Shown here: positions 35,877 through 44,673 of the stretch, in pieces
Numbering within the stretch: position 1 is the stretch's first letter
Layout: the number at the start of each line of letters is the position of its first letter
DNA from: a virus
Strand: one strand, 5' to 3'
UHGV virus genome: UHGV-1351569
Length of the DNA: 64,000 nt
Notes under the pieces: generated by a model
Databases searched by the model: none
The model's input: only the letters and a program-made list of their open reading frames with translations
Told to the model about the DNA's origin: nothing
Made by a program: the position numbers and the translations under genes

Positions 35877-36905
35877 ATGTCATCAATACCTTGGATTGAT
35901 AATGAGTTTGCATACCGTGCATTGGCTCATTTACCTAAATTCACACAAGTAAATAATAGTTCAACTTTTAAATTGCGGTTTAGATGCCCTGTTTGTGGAG
36001 ATTCAAAAACCGACCAAAATAAAGCTCGTGGATGGTATTACGGTGATAATAATGAAGGAAATATTCATTGTTATAACTGTAACTATCATGCACCAATCGG
36101 AATATATTTAAAGGAGTTTGAACCTGATTTATATCGTGAGTATATCTTTGAAATAAGAAAAGAAAAAGGTAAAAGTCGTCCAGTAGAAAAACCTAAAGAA
36201 CTTCCTAAGCGACCTGAGAAGAAAATAATTAAATCTCTTCCGTCATGTGTTAGATTAGATAAACTGGCGGAAGACCATCCAATTATAAAATATGTAAAAG
36301 CTCGTTGTATTCCAAAGGATAAATGGAAATATCTTTGGTTTACAACCGAATGGCCTAAATTAGTTAATAGTATAGCACCGGGAACATACAAAAAGGAAAT
36401 ACCTGAGCCTCGTCTTGTTATTCCAATTTATAATGCTAATGGAAAAGCTGAGTCTTTTCAAGGCCGTGCGTTAAAGAAAGATGCTCCTCAAAAATATATC
36501 ACCATCAAAGCTTATCCTGAGGCAACAAAAATCTATGGAGTCGAACGAGTCAAAGATGGTGATGTATATGTTCTAGAAGGACCTATAGATTCACTTTTTA
36601 TTGAAAATGGTATAGCTATTACAGGTGGTCAATTAGACCTAGAAATTGTTCCATTTAAAGATAGACGTGTATGGGTTTTAGATAATGAACCTCGTCATCC
36701 TGACACTATTAAACGAATGACTAAATTAGTTGATGCAGGAGAAAGGGTTATGTTTTGGGATAAATCTCCCTGGAAATCAAAAGATGTTAATGATATGATT
36801 AGAAAGGAAGGTGCAACCCCTGAACAAATTATGGAATATATGAAAAATAATATTGCCCAGGGGTTAATGGCTAAAATGCGGCTATCTAAATATGCCAAGA
36901 TTTAA
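35877..36905 (+). CDS. 61: DNA primase gp61, 342 aa
   Basis: N-terminal zinc ribbon CPVCGDS...CYNC and TOPRIM-like core; length as T4 gp61. Confidence 0.9.
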   Translation: MSSIPWIDNEFAYRALAHLPKFTQVNNSSTFKLRFRCPVCGDSKTDQNKARGWYYGDNNEGNIHCYNCNYHAPIGIYLKEFEPDLYREYIFEIRKEKGKSRPVEKPKELPKRPEKKIIKSLPSCVRLDKLAEDHPIIKYVKARCIPKDKWKYLWFTTEWPKLVNSIAPGTYKKEIPEPRLVIPIYNANGKAESFQGRALKKDAPQKYITIKAYPEATKIYGVERVKDGDVYVLEGPIDSLFIENGIAITGGQLDLEIVPFKDRRVWVLDNEPRHPDTIKRMTKLVDAGERVMFWDKSPWKSKDVNDMIRKEGATPEQIMEYMKNNIAQGLMAKMRLSKYAKI

Positions 36906-37102
36906 ATTAACCCAACCAAAGCAAATGCTAAATCTACGAATGTATCAAGAGTAACTACTGGAATATTAATACCATGCGCAATAGCTACTGGCGATAAAAC
37001 AAAATTCCAAAGTAAAATTCCTATCATAGCAGAAATAGTAAAAGCTATACGTTTTTTATTACCTTTGATGGCATTAACAAGTGCCATTAATTTTTGTACC
37101 AT
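36902..37102 (-). CDS. Antisense-oriented small hydrophobic protein, 66 aa
   Basis: Complement-strand ORF with a near-perfect SD (AAGGAGG) 4 nt upstream of the ATG; predicted membrane helices; sits in the 61-56 intergenic gap. Confidence 0.5.
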   Translation of the reverse strand: MVQKLMALVNAIKGNKKRIAFTISAMIGILLWNFVLSPVAIAHGINIPVVTLDTFVDLAFALVGLI

Positions 37103-37115
37103 ATGTCCTCCTTAT

Positions 37116-37139
37116 TGCTTTATATATTTATTGTATAAT
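37116..37139 (+). promoter_or_regulatory. Putative middle promoter for gene 56 (MotA box TGCTTTA, 11 bp, TATAAT)
   Basis: Consensus MotA box and exact -10. Confidence 0.5.
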
Positions 37140-37173
37140 TAATCTACTAACCCATGAATTGAAAGGAAAAATA

Positions 37174-37692
37174 ATGGCTTACTTTAACGAATGTTCACAA
37201 CTGATTGAAGGCGCTGATAAAGCTCAAAATGAATATTGGGATATTCTCGGCGATGAAAAAGACCCACTACAGGTTATGCTTGATATGCAGAAATCTCTGC
37301 AGGTTCGTTTAGCTAAAGATAAACCTGAATATAACCGTCATCCTGATGATTTGGCTACCGCAGGTGAAGTTGTTGATTGGCTGCGCAATCAGAAAGATTA
37401 TATTGACGATGAATTCCGTGAACTTCTGACTTCTCTTGGTGGTATGAGTAATGGTGAAAAAGACGCATCTGCTGTATGGAAACCTTGGAAGTCGCAGCAT
37501 GGTGAACGTCGTGAAACTCTGATTACTGATTTGTCTCCGCAAGACCAGTTAGAAATTAAATTTGAAATGATTGATATTCTTCATTTCGTTCTGAACATGT
37601 TCCAAGGTCTCGGTCTTACGGCTGAAGAAATCTTTAAACTTTATTATCTAAAAAATGCTGAAAACTTCGCTCGTCAAGACAGAGGTTATTAA
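37174..37692 (+). CDS. 56: dCTPase/dCDPase gp56, 172 aa
   Basis: MAYFNECSQLIEGADKAQNEYWDILGDEKDPLQVMLDMQ... matches recalled T4 gp56; the ORF track extends upstream but the RBS supports ATG 37174. Confidence 0.9.
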   Translation: MAYFNECSQLIEGADKAQNEYWDILGDEKDPLQVMLDMQKSLQVRLAKDKPEYNRHPDDLATAGEVVDWLRNQKDYIDDEFRELLTSLGGMSNGEKDASAVWKPWKSQHGERRETLITDLSPQDQLEIKFEMIDILHFVLNMFQGLGLTAEEIFKLYYLKNAENFARQDRGY

Positions 37693-37736
37693 TGGCTCGT
37701 TTATTTAAACGACGACTTAAAAGCCGCGAGAATTAT

Positions 37737-37744
37737 TATAAATA
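37737..37744 (+). promoter_or_regulatory. Late promoter TATAAATA for soc
   Basis: Exact late-promoter octamer about 30 nt upstream of the soc ATG. Confidence 0.6.
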
Positions 37745-37774
37745 ATCATGTAATTTAAATAAAAGGAGAATTAC

Positions 37775-38020
37775 ATGGCTAGTACTCGCGGTTATGTTAA
37801 TATCAAAACGTTTGAGCAGAAATTAGATGGAAATAAGAAAATTGAAGGAAAGGAAATTTCTGTAGCTTTCCCTCTTTATTCTGACGTTCACAAAATTTCT
37901 GGCGCTCATTACCAGACATTCCCTTCAGAAAAAGCAGCATATACTACTGTATATGAAGAAAATCAACGCGCTGCGTGGATTGCTGCAAACGAAGATTTGT
38001 GGAAAGTAACTGGTGAATAA
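37775..38020 (+). CDS. soc: Small outer capsid protein Soc, 81 aa
   Basis: MASTRGYVNIKTFEQKLDGNKKIEGKEISVAFPLYSDVHKISGAHYQTFPSEKAAYTT... matches recalled T4 Soc. Confidence 0.92.
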   Translation: MASTRGYVNIKTFEQKLDGNKKIEGKEISVAFPLYSDVHKISGAHYQTFPSEKAAYTTVYEENQRAAWIAANEDLWKVTGE

Positions 38021-38026
38021 ATTCAG

Positions 38027-38050
38027 GGACTCCTTCGGGAGTCCTTTTTT
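38027..38050 (+). terminator. Terminator hairpin GGACTCC-TTCG-GGAGTCC plus T6
   Basis: Strong intrinsic terminator after soc. Confidence 0.7.
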
Positions 38051-38060
38051 CATTTTACCG

Positions 38061-38090
38061 GTTTACTTTCCACAATGAGTATGGTATAAT
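38061..38090 (+). promoter_or_regulatory. T4-type early promoter (GTTTAC ... TGGTATAAT)
   Basis: Consensus elements. Confidence 0.6.
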
Positions 38091-38116
38091 AGAATTATCT
38101 TATAGAGGAGAGCACT

Positions 38117-38329
38117 ATGTTAAATCGTTGGATTAAACCAAATGAAGACCTCCAGAAGGTTCTTGATAAAGCTATCTCTGATAAATGGGGTATGAAAAGC
38201 TGGGATTGTGATGTCGTCACGCATTCATTCATGATGCATGCAGATGGTTCAGTCGAGTTCAATGCTGAAATGCGATACACTGACTGGGGTGGATTTCAAA
38301 GAGTCGAATTTCAAAGAGGCTTTTTGTAA
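38117..38329 (+). CDS. Hypothetical protein, 70 aa
   Basis: ORF track; GAGGAG RBS. Confidence 0.55.
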   Translation: MLNRWIKPNEDLQKVLDKAISDKWGMKSWDCDVVTHSFMMHADGSVEFNAEMRYTDWGGFQRVEFQRGFL

Positions 38330-38670
38330 TGTTTATCTTTAATTGGTTTAAAAGTTTCTTTACGGATTTTTTCTCTACAGCTCCTGGAGAAGGTGTAGTT
38401 CCTATTTCAAACGACTACCTTCCTTTAACTGTAGTTGAATATGTTTATATGGGAGATGGAACAGTAGAAGCAGTTACTATGACTTATGAAGAAGCCCAGG
38501 AATATTATAAAAATCCTTGGCGCTGGTCAACACCTACTACATCATCTAATGCACAGAATACACAGTCTAGTTCTGATTCATATGACACTAATGTTCCTGT
38601 TCATGTATGGACGGGCGATTCGTGTGGAAGTTCTTGTGATTCTAGTTGTTCATCTACATCTTGCGATTGA
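38329..38670 (+). CDS. Hypothetical protein with Ser/Cys-rich C-terminus ([17 protein letters not shown]), 113 aa
   Basis: ORF track; low-complexity Cys/Ser tail. Confidence 0.5.
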   Translation: MFIFNWFKSFFTDFFSTAPGEGVVPISNDYLPLTVVEYVYMGDGTVEAVTMTYEEAQEYYKNPWRWSTPTTSSNAQNTQSSSDSYDTNVPVHVWTGDSCGSSCDSSCSSTSCD

Positions 38671-38678
38671 GGAAAATT

Positions 38679-39164
38679 ATGGAAGCGATTTTGTTTGAAA
38701 TGTATATTAGCAGTAATAGTATGTCGTTTGCTAAAGATGTTCCAATTACAGTAGCAGTAATGATTGATAAGGGTTATTGTGACCCAATGTATCTCGTAGA
38801 AAATTTCGTTTCAATGCCAGTTCCAGAAGATGCTGAAATAAAACTTAAAAAGATTGGTATCATTGAAACTGTACCAAATATTCCGTTTAGAGCAATTGAA
38901 GCATTTACTAAATCCGAATACATTAATGTTAGCGCAGAACAATATAATGATAAGCCTTTATCTTTTTATTCGTACGATTCACTATATAGTTGGAAAATAG
39001 ATAAAGGAAATAAATTTATAATTGCAAGTGAAGATGCTTTATCATACTTTATTTCTTCTGTATGGAATAGTTTACATCCAAATTTGCTAAAAATTCATGA
39101 ATTTGATGATGCTCCTACTGTTGTTTTAGGTAAAACAAATGAAAGTTCTGAAGAAAATGTTTGA
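38679..39164 (+). CDS. Hypothetical protein (about 161 aa)
   Basis: ORF track 38646..39164; ATG 38679 behind GAGGAAAATT. Confidence 0.55.
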   Translation: MEAILFEMYISSNSMSFAKDVPITVAVMIDKGYCDPMYLVENFVSMPVPEDAEIKLKKIGIIETVPNIPFRAIEAFTKSEYINVSAEQYNDKPLSFYSYDSLYSWKIDKGNKFIIASEDALSYFISSVWNSLHPNLLKIHEFDDAPTVVLGKTNESSEENV

Positions 39165-39342
39165 ATGGTTCAATAGACCAAACTCAATGTATATTGATGA
39201 TGGTTGGGTTGAACAAGCAAATAAAGAAATGCAGAACGAATCAGAAGAATGGATGAAATCAATGATTAGTGCTGAGAAAGAAAAGAAATTAGAGCGCTCA
39301 GCGCTTAAATTGATGAGAGACATCTATGGGGATAAATCATGA
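39139..39342 (+). CDS. Hypothetical protein, 67 aa
   Basis: ORF track. Confidence 0.45.
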   Translation: MKVLKKMFEWFNRPNSMYIDDGWVEQANKEMQNESEEWMKSMISAEKEKKLERSALKLMRDIYGDKS

Positions 39343-39503
39343 ACAAAGATATGACGTTAGAAGAGGCAAAGGCTAAAGCAAATGAAGCATTGGATTTGCT
39401 TCTTAAAATCGGTAGTAAAATGATGGAAGAAAATGAGAAATACATTCAGGAAAACAAAATTCCTGACGGTCCATTAGTAGGCAAAAGGAAATCACATGAT
39501 TGA
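39339..39503 (+). CDS. Hypothetical small protein, 54 aa
   Basis: ATGA overlap with the upstream stop; open to TGA; below the ORF-track cutoff. Confidence 0.35.
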   Translation: MNKDMTLEEAKAKANEALDLLLKIGSKMMEENEKYIQENKIPDGPLVGKRKSHD

Positions 39504-39966
39504 AGTAGCAAAACATTATTCAATAGAATTTATGTCCAAAGAAGGTAAATCAGTAAATACACTTGATAAAAAATGCTCATTAATTATTCCTTTAGCAGAA
39601 AATCCGGATTTTTTAATTAAAGATATAAAAGAAAGAAAATATCCAGAAAATGTTATTCTAATTATAAAGCATACTGAAGATATTTTGCAGAATACAGATT
39701 CACCATTTTCTTCTTCTGAAGCTTTAACTATTAAAGGCTATAAAAGAGCTCACGAATATGGTCTTTTTGACATGTTTGAAGACGATAAAGTTAAATTAGC
39801 GAGTCAACCTTCTAAAAGTAAAACATTCATTATTGAAGATATTAAAGATATAAATGCATTTGTTAGGATGGTCTGGGCTCATTTTGATGTTGGACTACGC
39901 TGGAGAATGTCCGAAGAAGAAAGAAAGATTATTGAAGCTAATCGTCACTTTGGTTTTTATCGCTAG
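39496..39966 (+). CDS. Hypothetical protein, 156 aa
   Basis: ORF track. Confidence 0.55.
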   Translation: MIEVAKHYSIEFMSKEGKSVNTLDKKCSLIIPLAENPDFLIKDIKERKYPENVILIIKHTEDILQNTDSPFSSSEALTIKGYKRAHEYGLFDMFEDDKVKLASQPSKSKTFIIEDIKDINAFVRMVWAHFDVGLRWRMSEEERKIIEANRHFGFYR

Positions 39967-39974
39967 GAATTAAT

Positions 39975-40157
39975 ATGGATTTATTTGAGATGTTAGAAGA
40001 TAATCATTCTACGAATATCCAGAATGATTCTAGTGATTATAAGAAAGAGTACCGTATAGTATTACAGAATTATGGAATTGAAGCCCCAGATGCTCTTCTA
40101 GAAGAACTAGCTTCATACCATCTTGACCCTCCGCCCTGGGCTCCCTGGGCAAAATAA
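39975..40157 (+). CDS. Hypothetical protein, 60 aa
   Basis: ORF track. Confidence 0.45.
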   Translation: MDLFEMLEDNHSTNIQNDSSDYKKEYRIVLQNYGIEAPDALLEELASYHLDPPPWAPWAK

Positions 40158-40167
40158 TTCAAAAAGT

Positions 40168-40198
40168 TGTTTACTTTCCTTCCTAACAATGATATGAT
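40168..40198 (+). promoter_or_regulatory. T4-type early promoter (GTTTAC ... TATGAT)
   Basis: GTTTACT with a -10-like hexamer 18 bp downstream. Confidence 0.45.
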
Positions 40199-40224
40199 AG
40201 CTTCTGAAGTATACGGAGGCTATC

Positions 40225-40848
40225 ATGATTATTAATCCTGCAGATGTTGAACAGTTATCTATAAAAGCTGAAAGCGTTGATTTTCAATATGATATGTATA
40301 AAAAAGTCTGTGAAAAATTTACTGACTTTGAGCAGTCTGTTCTTTGGCAATGTATGGAAGCCAAAAAGAATGAAGCTCTCCATCGGCAGTTGAATAAAAT
40401 CGTTAAAAAGCATTTAACTAAATCACCTTATCAGCTATATCGTGGTATATCAAAATCGACAAAAGAACTCATTAAAGATTTACAAGTTGGAGAAGTGTTT
40501 TCAACGAACAGAGTAGATTCATTTACTACTAGTTTGCATACAGCGTGTTCTTTTTCTTATGCTGAATATTTCACTGAAATAGTACTTCGCTTAAAAACTG
40601 ATAAAGCTTTTAATTACTCTGACCATATCAGCGATATTATACTTTCTTCTCCTAATACTGAGTTTAAGTATACATATGAAGATACTGATGGATTAGATTC
40701 AGAGCGTACTGATAACTTAATGATGATTGTACGTGAACAAGAATGGATGATTCCAATTGGAAAGTATAAAATAACTTCTATTTCAAAAGAAAAATTACAC
40801 GATTCATTTGGAACATTTAAAGTGTATGATATTGAGGTAGTTGAATGA
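40225..40848 (+). CDS. modB: ADP-ribosyltransferase ModB-like, 207 aa
   Basis: ART motifs (LYRG arginine, STS-like FSTNRVDSFTTS, EQEWMIP catalytic Glu); length as T4 ModB. Confidence 0.7.
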   Translation: MIINPADVEQLSIKAESVDFQYDMYKKVCEKFTDFEQSVLWQCMEAKKNEALHRQLNKIVKKHLTKSPYQLYRGISKSTKELIKDLQVGEVFSTNRVDSFTTSLHTACSFSYAEYFTEIVLRLKTDKAFNYSDHISDIILSSPNTEFKYTYEDTDGLDSERTDNLMMIVREQEWMIPIGKYKITSISKEKLHDSFGTFKVYDIEVVE

Positions 40849-41447
40849 AATATTCAGCAATGCAATTAAAAGATTTTAAAATCAAATCAATGGATGCATC
40901 GGTGCGTGCTTCTATTCGTGAAGAATTACTTTCTGAAGGATTTAATTTATCTGAAATTGAACTTTTAATTCATTGTATTACTAATAAGCCAGACGACCAC
41001 TCTTGGTTAAATGAAATAATCAAATCTCGTTTGGTTCCAAACGATAAACCTCTTTGGAGAGGTGTTCCAGTTGAGACTAAGCAGGTGTTAAATCAAGGAA
41101 TTGATATTATTACATTTGATAAAGTAGTATCAGCTTCATATGATAAAAATATAGCTCTACATTTTGCTTCTGGTTTAGAGTATAACACACAAGTTATTTT
41201 TGAATTCAAAGCTCCTATGGTATTTAATTTCCAGGAGTATGCTATAAAAGCTCTACGTTGTAAAGAATATAGTCCGAGTTTTAAGTTTCCGGATAGCCAT
41301 CGCTATCGTAATATGGAATTAGTTTCAGATGAACAAGAAGTAATGATACCAGCTGGAAGTGTATTTAGAATTGCAGATAGATATGAGTATAAAAAGTATT
41401 CAACATACACTATCTATACTCTTGATTTTGAAGGATTTAATCTATAA
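40845..41447 (+). CDS. modA: ADP-ribosyltransferase ModA-like, 200 aa
   Basis: Paralog of the previous gene (LWRG, EQEVMIP); length as T4 ModA. Confidence 0.7.
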   Translation: MKYSAMQLKDFKIKSMDASVRASIREELLSEGFNLSEIELLIHCITNKPDDHSWLNEIIKSRLVPNDKPLWRGVPVETKQVLNQGIDIITFDKVVSASYDKNIALHFASGLEYNTQVIFEFKAPMVFNFQEYAIKALRCKEYSPSFKFPDSHRYRNMELVSDEQEVMIPAGSVFRIADRYEYKKYSTYTIYTLDFEGFNL

Positions 41448-41504
41448 TGGAAGGACTTAGATTCATTATACCATGAAATTTTTAAAGCATTTTTACATAA
41501 AGTT

Positions 41505-41534
41505 GTTTACAAGTTAAGGTAAAAATGTTATAGT
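41505..41534 (+). promoter_or_regulatory. T4-type early promoter (GTTTAC ... TGTTATAGT)
   Basis: 17-bp spacing. Confidence 0.5.
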
Positions 41535-41563
41535 ATAAGTAGTTAACCGTTCGTGAGAAAAAT

Positions 41564-42310
41564 ATGAAACTGTCTAATAATCAAATTCGTAAAATTACAC
41601 GTCGTCTAGAGCATACTCAGGCATCAGCTAAAAGACGTTCTAAAGATTTTAACTTAGACTTCAATTACATTAAGAACATTTTAGATCAGAAAGTTTGCGC
41701 TTACTCAGGAGAACCTTTTGATAATCGTATTGAAGGAGAGAAATTATCGTTAGAACGTTTTGATAATAACGTTGGATATATTAAAGGGAATGTTATTGCA
41801 GTAAAGAAAAAGTATAATACATTTCGTTCTGATTATACTTTAGAAGAGTTGATTGAAAAGCGTGATTTATTTGCTTTGCGAATTGGTCGTTCATCTGCGA
41901 AAAAAGTTCATAAACTAAATTTAGATGAAAAGAAATGGGCTAAAATCAAAAAGACTTATAATCAAATTAAATCTATACAGAAAAAACGTGAAAACCGAAT
42001 TGAGCACATTTCTCAGCTTTCTAAATCAAAACAAACTTCTGACGTTAAGCTAACGATTATAGCACTTAAAGCTCGTATTGATGGTTCTCGTATAGCAGAA
42101 GGCGCTGAAGTTGTTAAATTGAACGTTCTTCTTAAAGGCTCGGATTGGAAAACCGTGAAAAAGTTGTCAGAAGCAGAAATGCAATATGATATGTGTGATA
42201 AAATTATTCAAGGTGTAGAGCGGTATCAAAACTTGTCTTTTATTGATAAACTTAAACTGAAAAGAGGATACCCGCTAAATTGTTCAATTTTTAAACTTAT
42301 CCGAGGATAA
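41564..42310 (+). CDS. Hypothetical protein, 248 aa (by position possibly Srd)
   Basis: ORF track; basic N-terminus; the name is a positional guess only. Confidence 0.55.
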   Translation: MKLSNNQIRKITRRLEHTQASAKRRSKDFNLDFNYIKNILDQKVCAYSGEPFDNRIEGEKLSLERFDNNVGYIKGNVIAVKKKYNTFRSDYTLEELIEKRDLFALRIGRSSAKKVHKLNLDEKKWAKIKKTYNQIKSIQKKRENRIEHISQLSKSKQTSDVKLTIIALKARIDGSRIAEGAEVVKLNVLLKGSDWKTVKKLSEAEMQYDMCDKIIQGVERYQNLSFIDKLKLKRGYPLNCSIFKLIRG

Positions 42311-42311
42311 T

Positions 42312-42623
42312 ATGTTTTATGTATATGCGATAGTGTATAGAGATAAAGATGGATTTGCGGTGCCTGTTCCTCTTGATGAACATCGTCCTGCTGTATTTTT
42401 TGAAAGGGAGATTGCTGATAAAGTATTTACAACTCTTAAAGAGCAGTATCGACTAGCTTTAGGTATGGGAATTCCGAGATTAGTTGAGACTCCACGCAAG
42501 TTTTGGTTTAATAAAATAGAAGTTAAACACGTTAAGCCTGATGTAGACACACAAAGATTATATCGGCGAATTTTAGATACTGGGCGTATTGTTAGTATAC
42601 CAATTGCAGGGAATTTACGATGA
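42312..42623 (+). CDS. Hypothetical protein, 103 aa
   Basis: ORF track; ATGA overlap with dda. Confidence 0.5.
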   Translation: MFYVYAIVYRDKDGFAVPVPLDEHRPAVFFEREIADKVFTTLKEQYRLALGMGIPRLVETPRKFWFNKIEVKHVKPDVDTQRLYRRILDTGRIVSIPIAGNLR

Positions 42624-43939
42624 CATTTGATGATTTGACCGAAGGCCAGAAAAATGCCTTTAACATCGTTATGAGGGCTATCAAAGAAAAGAAACATCAT
42701 GTAACTATTAATGGACCTGCTGGTACTGGTAAGACTACTCTTACTAAGTTCATCATTGAAGCTTTAATATCTACGGGCGAAACTGGAATTATTTTAGCAG
42801 CTCCTACACATGCAGCTAAAAAGATTCTTTCAAAACTATCAGGGAAAGAAGCGAGTACTATTCACAGTATTCTTAAAATTAACCCAGTAACATACGAAGA
42901 AAACGTTCTTTTTGAACAAAAAGAAGTACCAGATTTAGCTAAATGCAGGGTATTAATTTGCGACGAAGTGTCAATGTATGATAGAAAGCTATTTAAAATT
43001 CTGCTTTCAACTATCCCGCCGTGGTGTACTATAATTGGAATAGGTGATAATAAGCAAATTAGACCTGTTGACCCAGGAGAAAATACTGCTTATATCAGTC
43101 CATTCTTTACACACAAAGATTTTTATCAGTGTGAACTTACTGAAGTTAAACGTAGTAATGCTCCTATTATTGATGTAGCTACTGATGTTCGCAACGGTAA
43201 GTGGATTTATGATAAAATTGTTGACGGGCATGGAGTACGTGGATTTACTGGTGATACCGCTTTACGCGATTTTATGGTAAATTATTTTTCAATCGTCAAA
43301 TCGCTAGATGATTTGTTTGAAAATCGTGTAATGGCATTTACGAATAAATCCGTTGACAAGTTAAATAGCATTATTCGCAAAAAGATTTTTGAAACTGATA
43401 AAGATTTTATCGTTGGTGAAATTATTGTAATGCAGGAACCATTAATTAAAACATATAAAATTGATGGAAAGCCTGTGTCAGAAATTATTTTTAATAACGG
43501 ACAATTAGTTCGTATTATAGAAGCAGAGTATACATCAACGTTTGTTAAAGCTCGTGGTGTTCCTGGAGAATATCTAATTCGTCATTGGGATTTAACAGTA
43601 GAAACTTACGGCGATGATGAATATTATCGTGAAAAGATTAAAATAATTTCGTCTGATGAAGAGCTGTATAAGTTTAACTTATTTTTAGGTAAAACGGCAG
43701 AAACTTATAAAAATTGGAATAAAGGTGGAAAAGCTCCGTGGAGTGATTTTTGGGATGCTAAATCACAGTTTAGTAAAGTGAAAGCACTTCCTGCATCAAC
43801 ATTCCATAAAGCTCAGGGTATGTCTGTAGACCGTGCTTTCATTTATACGCCTTGTATTCATTATGCAGATGCTGAATTGGCCCAACAACTTCTTTATGTT
43901 GGTGTTACCCGTGGTCGTTATGATGTGTTTTATGTGTGA
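42620..43939 (+). CDS. dda: DNA helicase Dda (SF1B), 439 aa
   Basis: MTFDDLTEGQKNAFNIVM...INGPAGTGKTT... near-identical to recalled T4 Dda. Confidence 0.97.
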   Translation: MTFDDLTEGQKNAFNIVMRAIKEKKHHVTINGPAGTGKTTLTKFIIEALISTGETGIILAAPTHAAKKILSKLSGKEASTIHSILKINPVTYEENVLFEQKEVPDLAKCRVLICDEVSMYDRKLFKILLSTIPPWCTIIGIGDNKQIRPVDPGENTAYISPFFTHKDFYQCELTEVKRSNAPIIDVATDVRNGKWIYDKIVDGHGVRGFTGDTALRDFMVNYFSIVKSLDDLFENRVMAFTNKSVDKLNSIIRKKIFETDKDFIVGEIIVMQEPLIKTYKIDGKPVSEIIFNNGQLVRIIEAEYTSTFVKARGVPGEYLIRHWDLTVETYGDDEYYREKIKIISSDEELYKFNLFLGKTAETYKNWNKGGKAPWSDFWDAKSQFSKVKALPASTFHKAQGMSVDRAFIYTPCIHYADAELAQQLLYVGVTRGRYDVFYV

Positions 43940-43945
43940 GGCTAT

Positions 43946-44206
43946 ATGATTAACATCAATTCAAAATATTTAAATCGTCTAATAGATGGTATAAAGAAGC
44001 ATACTGATAAGCAAGATAATCTCAGTGTTATGGTAACAGGAGCTGAGCTCCTTTATAAGCTTAATCTTATAAGTGATACTATACTAGCAATTAAACGAAT
44101 TGAAAAACAATCATATCATAGTAATACAGACACTGTAATTGCATTAGATGAAAGTGTCTGTAAATTACTAATTAAATTTGAGGAAGCTATTCGTGGAAAT
44201 AACTAA
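43946..44206 (+). CDS. Hypothetical small protein, 86 aa (first of three tandem small ORFs)
   Basis: ORF track; GAGG RBS. Confidence 0.5.
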   Translation: MININSKYLNRLIDGIKKHTDKQDNLSVMVTGAELLYKLNLISDTILAIKRIEKQSYHSNTDTVIALDESVCKLLIKFEEAIRGNN

Positions 44207-44438
44207 AGACCAGTTTTATCTGCTTCAAGATAAAGTGAGCGAAATTTATGAAATAGCTTATAGTAAAAATCGCAAAAACGTGAAAATTGAATCGGGCAAA
44301 TTAATGCTTCAATTGGAAGAAATTGAACGAGATTTGATTGCATTAGAATTCTTTTGCGGTGAAGTGAAAACTGTTACAATCAGTGATTATGTTTTAGGTG
44401 AAATTAGCCATCTTTATAAGGCGGTTATTAATGATTGA
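44178..44438 (+). CDS. Hypothetical small protein (second of three; start likely GTG 44193)
   Basis: ORF track; shares C-terminal pattern (LEEIxxDI...I.DY.LG.I) with the next ORF. Confidence 0.45.
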   Translation: MRKLFVEITKDQFYLLQDKVSEIYEIAYSKNRKNVKIESGKLMLQLEEIERDLIALEFFCGEVKTVTISDYVLGEISHLYKAVIND

Positions 44439-44673
44439 ATTAAGTTTGCAGCAGTTTAAATCTCTTATGACAAATGTTAAAGCTGTCATTCAAGAAAATT
44501 CGGGACCTGATAATGTTACTATTCGCGAAAAAGCTTTAAAGATAGTATACAGTCTTGAAGAGATACAAAAAGATATTGAATCTATGGCAAAATTTATTGA
44601 TGAGCCCATTAATAAAGTTTATATCCAAGATTATACTGTAGGTCAAATTCGCGATTTAGCGAGGAAAATTTAA
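44431..44673 (+). CDS. Hypothetical small protein (about 80 aa), third of three
   Basis: ORF track 44398..44673; ATG 44431 behind AAGGCGG. Confidence 0.5.
   Translation: MIELSLQQFKSLMTNVKAVIQENSGPDNVTIREKALKIVYSLEEIQKDIESMAKFIDEPINKVYIQDYTVGQIRDLARKI

Noticed and set aside
37693-37744. 16-codon micro-ORF (MARLFKRRLKSRENYYK) between gene 56 and soc
   Set aside because: Too short and no RBS; it overlaps the soc late promoter.
38486-38698. 70-aa ORF in an alternate frame
   Set aside because: Overlaps the Ser/Cys-tailed gene and the next gene with no RBS; His/Leu-rich translation typical of an out-of-frame read.
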